Below, piece by piece: positions 28,026-32,000 of a DNA stretch of 32,000 nt; the stretch's first letter is position 1; the number at the start of each line of letters is the position of its first letter. The stretch covers positions 3,345,884 through 3,377,883 of the forward strand of contig NZ_CP187419.1 in the NCBI RefSeq assembly GCF_049819085.1, in the 5' to 3' direction. Source of the stretch: Anatilimnocola sp. NA78 (lineage in GTDB: Bacteria > Planctomycetota > Planctomycetia > Pirellulales > Pirellulaceae). A model generated the notes under the pieces. The model worked only from the letters and a program-made list of their open reading frames with translations. It made no database searches and was not told the origin of the DNA. The translations under genes and the position numbers were made by a program.

Positions 28026-28437
28026 ATCGGGACAGCATGCGATCAAGCGAAAGTGATCCGGATACTCAAGGCACAACGGATCCTCGAAGAGAACGTATCG
28101 TTATTCGTGCTGCCCCGGTTTGCCAACACGTCGACCACGTTCGCATTACGGGCGTCGCACGAATGATCGGGAACAACCACGCCGCTCGCGCACGGGCCCG
28201 CACGTGGGCCACACGGTGCGTCGATGGCCGGCACGCCTACCCCCGGGGGCTTTAGGTACTTCCTGGCGACTTCACGGTCAGGTTTCCCACCCCCACCTCG
28301 GCCACCATAGACATACTCCCGCGCGGCGCACGTGCGATCCCGATAAAGCCAAGGACATCAGCAGTTTATGTCATTCCGTTTGTTAACCCAAAGTTGGTTG
28401 CGCGGACATTTGCGTCACAAACCGAAGCAAGCACACC

Positions 28438-28647
28438 ATGGCTGAAGATACCCCGAAACCGAAGCCCACGCCTTTCAGCCGGCACCTCCGCGAGGAGACC
28501 GTCGGCATCAATGGCGCGACGGTTGTCTTCTTTCGGGATCGAAAAAAACGCCGTTGGTGCTGGCGTGTCGTCGATGGGCAAGTCACATTTCCCTCCCCTC
28601 CCAATTCGGGTAGTACGAGCGAGGGCACGCGCGATGGCTCCGAATGA
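28438..28647 (+). CDS. Small basic hypothetical protein (69 aa)
   Basis: MAEDTPKPKPTPFSRHLREETVGINGATVVFFRDRKKRRWCWRVVDGQ looks more protein-like than the overlapping Arg/Ser-rich frame. Its end overlaps the next ATG. Confidence 0.4.
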   Translation: MAEDTPKPKPTPFSRHLREETVGINGATVVFFRDRKKRRWCWRVVDGQVTFPSPPNSGSTSEGTRDGSE

Positions 28648-29044
28648 TCAAGTCGCTCACCAACCGAACCAAACTGGCTTCCTGGCGCGACTCCATGTGC
28701 CGTTCACAATCCAACGGCCAGACGACGATATGCCGCTTGACGATTCCTGGCTACGGTCGGAAGGGCATTTGGTACACATCACCAACGGTGTGATTGTCTC
28801 GTTGGACAATGAGGACCCGCAGTATGGCGCAGTGCTCGTTCGTACCGATGACGGCTGGATATTCGAGAGCCCGTGGCCGGAGTACGAGTCGGTGTTAATC
28901 GTTCCTCAGCCGAAAACGCGTGGCGACCTTCGGCCAGTAATTGCCCGCTTCAAAGCGATGCGACGGCACATTCAGTCGCTTGACATTTTTGATGCTCTTC
29001 GCCTAGGATTCATCACACACGGAGACCAGTCTCCGTTTCTCTAG
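28634..29044 (+). CDS. Hypothetical protein (136 aa)
   Basis: ATG 28634 (MAPNDQVAHQ...) is chosen within track ORF 28394-29044, because the upstream 80 codons look like an off-frame artefact. Confidence 0.5.
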   Translation: MAPNDQVAHQPNQTGFLARLHVPFTIQRPDDDMPLDDSWLRSEGHLVHITNGVIVSLDNEDPQYGAVLVRTDDGWIFESPWPEYESVLIVPQPKTRGDLRPVIARFKAMRRHIQSLDIFDALRLGFITHGDQSPFL

Positions 29045-29247
29045 CGCCGGGTTTTCTGGCGCACGTCAACAGCTACAGCTGCGCGTGCGCTTCTTCGTGA
29101 AACTGGCCACGCCGCAGCTCTTACCGCGAGCGTTTCCCTGTGAATATCCGAAATCGGATTAGCGAAAAGCGCACCACGCGCGTGCGGACCACGCTCTCGT
29201 GCGAGCCTTGGAGGAACCGGGATGGATGCAGCAGCACTGAGGCGAGG

Positions 29248-29469
29248 TTACTCGCCTTCCGCCGCAACCATCTGGTTGTGCCAGCGCTGCAGCTGAATCT
29301 CGTCGGCGGTCGCGGGCCGGATGGTGCAGATCCTGATCGTCACCTGTTTGCCCAAGCGTGCCGCGTACATCGCCTGCAGGGCAGCTTTCCCAAGCTTGCT
29401 TGCTTCAGTTTCATTGGCTGCTTCGACCAAGACATATTGAGCGCGGGTGGCGACGTAGAAAGTGGTCAT
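29248..29469 (-). CDS. Small hypothetical protein (73 aa)
   Basis: ATG 29469 (MTTFYVATRAQYVLVEAANETEA...) has GGAG 7 nt upstream. The longer track ORF extension is Arg-rich. Confidence 0.5.
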   Translation of the reverse strand: MTTFYVATRAQYVLVEAANETEASKLGKAALQAMYAARLGKQVTIRICTIRPATADEIQLQRWHNQMVAAEGE

Positions 29470-29495
29470 CGTGAAGCTCCGGGCGTAGGCGGTTG

Positions 29496-29567
29496 CGATA
29501 ACACACATAAGCCAGCAATCTCTGCGAACTTCAATAGCCGGCCCCCAGAATCCAGCAGGTTTTCGCC
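29496..29567 (-). promoter_or_regulatory. Conserved upstream element, copy A, ahead of the 29469 gene
   Basis: Two boxes are shared with 30564-30648. On the plus strand these are cgataacacacataagcca (29496-29514) and gaatccagcaggttttcgcc (29548-29567). Confidence 0.35.
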
Positions 29568-29688
29568 GGCCCAACCAGTCGTCCGACGTGACGAAGCTCG
29601 CCTCAGGTCCGCCTCTTGGGCCAAGAAACGCAAAACGCCCCAGCGTGGCGAACGTGGGGCGTCGTGGGGCCAAAACTGCCGGGGTGTG

Positions 29689-30195
29689 CTACCCGTTGAA
29701 GGCGAAGTTCCCCCGGTCCGTCTTCTTGAACCGGGCTTCGTGGCCCTTGGTGTTGATCTCCCGCAGGATCGCGCTGTAGAGCGTGGCGTGCGGCGTCTTG
29801 CCGCCAGGGCTCGACCAGTAGCCCTTGGCTGCGATGGTTTCGATCATCGTCTTCGTATTCATCGGTTCCTTGATCTCGCCGAGCAGCTTGGCGGCGGCAT
29901 CGAGGGCCGACATCTTCTTGTCGGTTGTTGCCTTGGTGGCCTTGGCCTTCTTCGTCCGTTTGCCTTTCGCCACCTCGGGTTCTTTGCACTTCGCGCAGAA
30001 CCGTTCGACGCCTTCGTCGGTCCATTCGTGATCGCCACCCTTCGGGCAGGTACCGGCGGGCTTCGTCTCGAGTGCTTCGGGAATGGGCTGGGGCGCATCG
30101 GGCTTTGCCAATGCTGCTTGGGTCTTCGCCTTCTTCGCGGGTTTAGCCTTGGCGGTCTTCGAGGCAGGTTTCTTCGTGCTGGTCTTCTTGGACAT
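29689..30195 (-). CDS. HARE-HTH domain protein with a lysine/alanine-rich N-terminal tail (168 aa)
   Basis: ATG 30195 (MSKKTSTKKPASKTAKAKPAKKAKTQ) has GGAGAA upstream. The C-terminus MSALDAAAKLLGEIKEPMNTKTMIETIAAKGYWSSPGGKTPHATLYSAILREINTKGHEARFKKTDRGNFAFN matches the HARE-HTH pattern as I recall it. The middle segment has C..H..C..C. Confidence 0.6.
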   Translation of the reverse strand: MSKKTSTKKPASKTAKAKPAKKAKTQAALAKPDAPQPIPEALETKPAGTCPKGGDHEWTDEGVERFCAKCKEPEVAKGKRTKKAKATKATTDKKMSALDAAAKLLGEIKEPMNTKTMIETIAAKGYWSSPGGKTPHATLYSAILREINTKGHEARFKKTDRGNFAFNG

Positions 30196-30285
30196 GATCG
30201 TTCTCCGGGTTCGCAATGGATTGGCTGCCATCCTCAGGCCCGGCGAACCACCGCCGAGCGACGCAGGCGGAACCTGCGTTTCGGC

Positions 30286-30528
30286 TTAGAACCCCAGCTC
30301 ATCCATCTGCCGGTTGAAAGTCTCGACTCCGATCATGTCGAGCAGCGTGTGGCGAAACCACAGCACCTGCTGCAAAGCCTGCTCGCCTTCCGGTGTGCTG
30401 GCGGGAAAGGAACCCACGGGCTGCAGGGCCATCACCAGGGCTGCGACTCCTTCTGGCGAAAGGTTGTCGCGAATCACCTTCTCAAAGGCGGCTTGATCCA
30501 CCGCGCCGCTCATTCGGTCTGCGCTCAT
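30286..30528 (-). CDS. Small hypothetical protein (80 aa)
   Basis: ATG 30528 has AGGAAA upstream. It is preceded by conserved upstream element copy B. Confidence 0.5.
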   Translation of the reverse strand: MSADRMSGAVDQAAFEKVIRDNLSPEGVAALVMALQPVGSFPASTPEGEQALQQVLWFRHTLLDMIGVETFNRQMDELGF

Positions 30529-30563
30529 CGTTCGTTTCCTGTTGTGGTTGGGAAGTTGTCATT

Positions 30564-30648
30564 CGACAGACACACATCAGCCATGCGCCGGCCAACAGCT
30601 CAAGCCAGGCAGGCCGAATCTCAGCCGGAATTCAGCAGGTTTTCACGC
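30564..30648 (-). promoter_or_regulatory. Conserved upstream element, copy B, ahead of the 30528 gene and divergent from the terminase gene
   Basis: On the plus strand the boxes are cgacagacacacatcagcca (30564-30583) and gaattcagcaggttttcacg (30628-30647). The second box matches copy A at 17 of 20 positions, and both are preceded by agccgg. Confidence 0.35.
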
Positions 30649-30711
30649 GCCGAGATTTAGGTCGACCGAAATCGTGCCGATTCGCACGCCCCAACAACGG
30701 ATGAACTAGCT

Positions 30712-32000
30712 GTGGAGAAGATTCCCGAACTACGCAACAAGGCCAAGAAGCTGCGGCACCTGCTGCAGCAGGTGGAATCGGTCCCGGGCGTGGGCAACGT
30801 CGCGGAACGTGACCGCGATATTCGCCGTAAGCGCGAACGGAGCGCCTCCAGCAAAACCGTCGTCGTTCCTTCTTGTGCCGATCTGGAGCGACGCACGTGT
30901 CTCGAGGCCGACGATGAAGCCTGGTTGCGCTGGTACTTTGCAATCGAGAGTGGCTCGGAGAACCCCTTCTGGTATGACTTCACCGATCAGCAGAAGGAAA
31001 TGATCGCAGCGATTCGCAACGCCATTCTGCACGGCGGTGATCAGTCGATCGCAGCCAGCCGTGGCGAAGGAAAAACCACGTACTTCGAACGGATGCTGCT
31101 CAAGTACACCCTGCAGGGATTGATTCGCTTCGCCGTGCTATTCGCGGCTACCGGTAGCGCCGCCCAGGATTCGCTGGAATCGATCAAGCTGGAGATCGAG
31201 AACAACGATCGGCTGTGTGCCGATTATCCGGAAGTCTGTGTGCCGGTCCGCGCCCTGGAAAACACTCCTCAGCGTGCGCACTTTCAGCTGGTCACCGGCA
31301 ACCGCCCTGACGATGGCGAGCAGTACCTACCGACCTCCAGCCGCTTCTCCTGGTGTGGCCAGGAAATCTACCTGCCGAAAGTGCCCGGTTCGCCCTCGGC
31401 CGGAGCGATCATTGCCACGCGGGGTCTCGATGCTGCCATCCGCGGTGTGAAGAAGAAGGGCCGCCGCGTCGACGTTGCTTGCATTGACGATCCGGACACC
31501 GAAGAGACTGCTCGGAGCCCCGAGCAGGCTGCCAAGCTTGAAGATCGCATCGATCGAGCGATCGCCGGCCTCGGTTCCCAGCAGCGACGACTCGCGCGGG
31601 TCATGCTGACGACTATTCAGAATCGCACGTGCGTGTCCTACAAGTACACCGATCCCGATCAAAAGCCTAGCTGGAAGCCGAAACGGTTCCGCTTCCTCGT
31701 GAAGAAACCCGACCGAGCTGATCTCTGGCAGGAGTTTGTTGCCCTTAAGCAGGCCGACTGGGTGAACGGCACGAACAAGGCCCATGAAATGTACCTGGCG
31801 AACCGTGAGTTGATGGATGCCGGCGCCAGCGTGGCGAATCCCCATCGTCACACTCCGGCGGAGGCCTCGGCGCTCGAGTTCTACTATTCGGAAGTCGCAC
31901 GCTTGGGCGCTGACGCGGTGGCGACCGAGTACGACAACGATCCACCGGCAGACGAGTCGACGCAGAGGATCGTGCTCACCCCTTACCATATCCAGAACAA
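30712..32000 (+). CDS. Phage terminase large subunit, 5' part. It continues past the right edge.
   Basis: The frame is open from 30661 to the window end and is not in the track. Walker A is SIAASRGEGKTT and Walker B-like is VDVACIDDPDT, with the overall layout of a terminase ATPase domain. There is no in-frame ATG near the 5' end. GVG 30712 is read as GTG 30712 and is provisional. Confidence 0.75.
   Translation, partial: MEKIPELRNKAKKLRHLLQQVESVPGVGNVAERDRDIRRKRERSASSKTVVVPSCADLERRTCLEADDEAWLRWYFAIESGSENPFWYDFTDQQKEMIAAIRNAILHGGDQSIAASRGEGKTTYFERMLLKYTLQGLIRFAVLFAATGSAAQDSLESIKLEIENNDRLCADYPEVCVPVRALENTPQRAHFQLVTGNRPDDGEQYLPTSSRFSWCGQEIYLPKVPGSPSAGAIIATRGLDAAIRGVKKKGRRVDVACIDDPDTEETARSPEQAAKLEDRIDRAIAGLGSQQRRLARVMLTTIQNRTCVSYKYTDPDQKPSWKPKRFRFLVKKPDRADLWQEFVALKQADWVNGTNKAHEMYLANRELMDAGASVANPHRHTPAEASALEFYYSEVARLGADAVATEYDNDPPADESTQRIVLTPYHIQN

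Larger units (their letters stand above)
19334..32000. mobile_element. Prophage-like integrative element, left arm (right end outside the window)
   Basis: It holds an intact serine-integrase module, a LexA/CI-type repressor with an operator-like array, a sigma factor, a replication protein with iterons, and a terminase large subunit. Confidence 0.55.

Noticed and set aside
27773-28386. ORFs 27773..28255, 28120..28386 (plus strand) and 28043..28234 (minus strand) in the region after the replication gene
   Set aside because: They overlap each other and the replication gene, and their translations are Arg/Pro-rich. The region is better explained as a repeat-rich non-coding segment. A 52-codon frame (28007-28165, VMTIGGVIGTACDQAKVIRIL...) looked mildly protein-like but is too short to support.
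28394-28633. Upstream 80 codons of track ORF 28394..29044
   Set aside because: They are Arg/Ser-rich, off-frame-looking sequence overlapping the more protein-like 28438..28647 frame. An internal ATG at 28634 gives a plausible 136-aa product.
29140-30660. 506-aa plus-strand ORF
   Set aside because: It runs antisense across three well-formed minus-strand genes, each with its own RBS (29248-29469, 29689-30195, 30286-30528). Its translation is Arg/Gly/Leu-rich and low in complexity.
31327-31989. 220-aa minus-strand ORF
   Set aside because: It is antisense to the plus-strand frame, which is open to the window edge and carries clear terminase large-subunit motifs (GEGKTT, CIDDPD).

Overview
The window looks like a chromosomal edge followed by a tRNA-flanked defence island and then the left arm of a prophage-like element. 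By eye the flanks are about 60% GC or higher, and a Planctomycetota-like host is a low-confidence guess.

**Chromosomal edge (1-460).** The 5' end of a class II fumarase/aspartase-family gene lies on the minus strand at 1-175. A tRNA-Asn(GTT) follows at 388-460.

**Defence island (about 0.8-19.3 kb).** It carries three cargo modules, all on the minus strand:
- (a) A translationally coupled operon at 11416->2131: SNF2 helicase with a nuclease-like C-terminus, DUF1156 DNA methyltransferase, DUF499 ATPase.
- (b) An AT-richer two-gene operon at 13870->12129: a 206-aa unknown protein plus an FRG-domain protein.
- (c) A type I Thoeris locus, thsA 18615->17206 and thsB 17196->16705, plus a second, convergent TIR gene at 15819-16610.

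**Module boundaries.** Each cargo module has, on its upstream side, a copy of one small ParB-like HTH gene:
- Copy 1 (11660-12004) carries an in-frame TAG.
- Copy 2 (14719-15069) still has the last roughly 60 codons of a serine recombinase and a relic of a small upstream ORF attached.
- Copy 3 (19334-19711) belongs to an intact module at 22012->19334: small ORF, DUF2924, large serine recombinase, HTH.

I read this as serial integration and decay of related elements at one locus. On that reading the uncharacterised FRG operon sits in a slot that otherwise holds defence systems, and it is my top candidate for an undescribed system.

**Prophage-like arm (about 22-32 kb).** It contains a LexA-type repressor preceded by phased direct repeats, two co-directional unknown genes and an ECF-like sigma factor. 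Next come a DnaB-N/AAA_25-type replication protein followed by an iteron/hairpin cluster, several small genes and a HARE-HTH protein with a lysine-rich tail. A terminase large subunit runs off the right edge.

All domain calls come from reading motifs in the translations. No database search was run.
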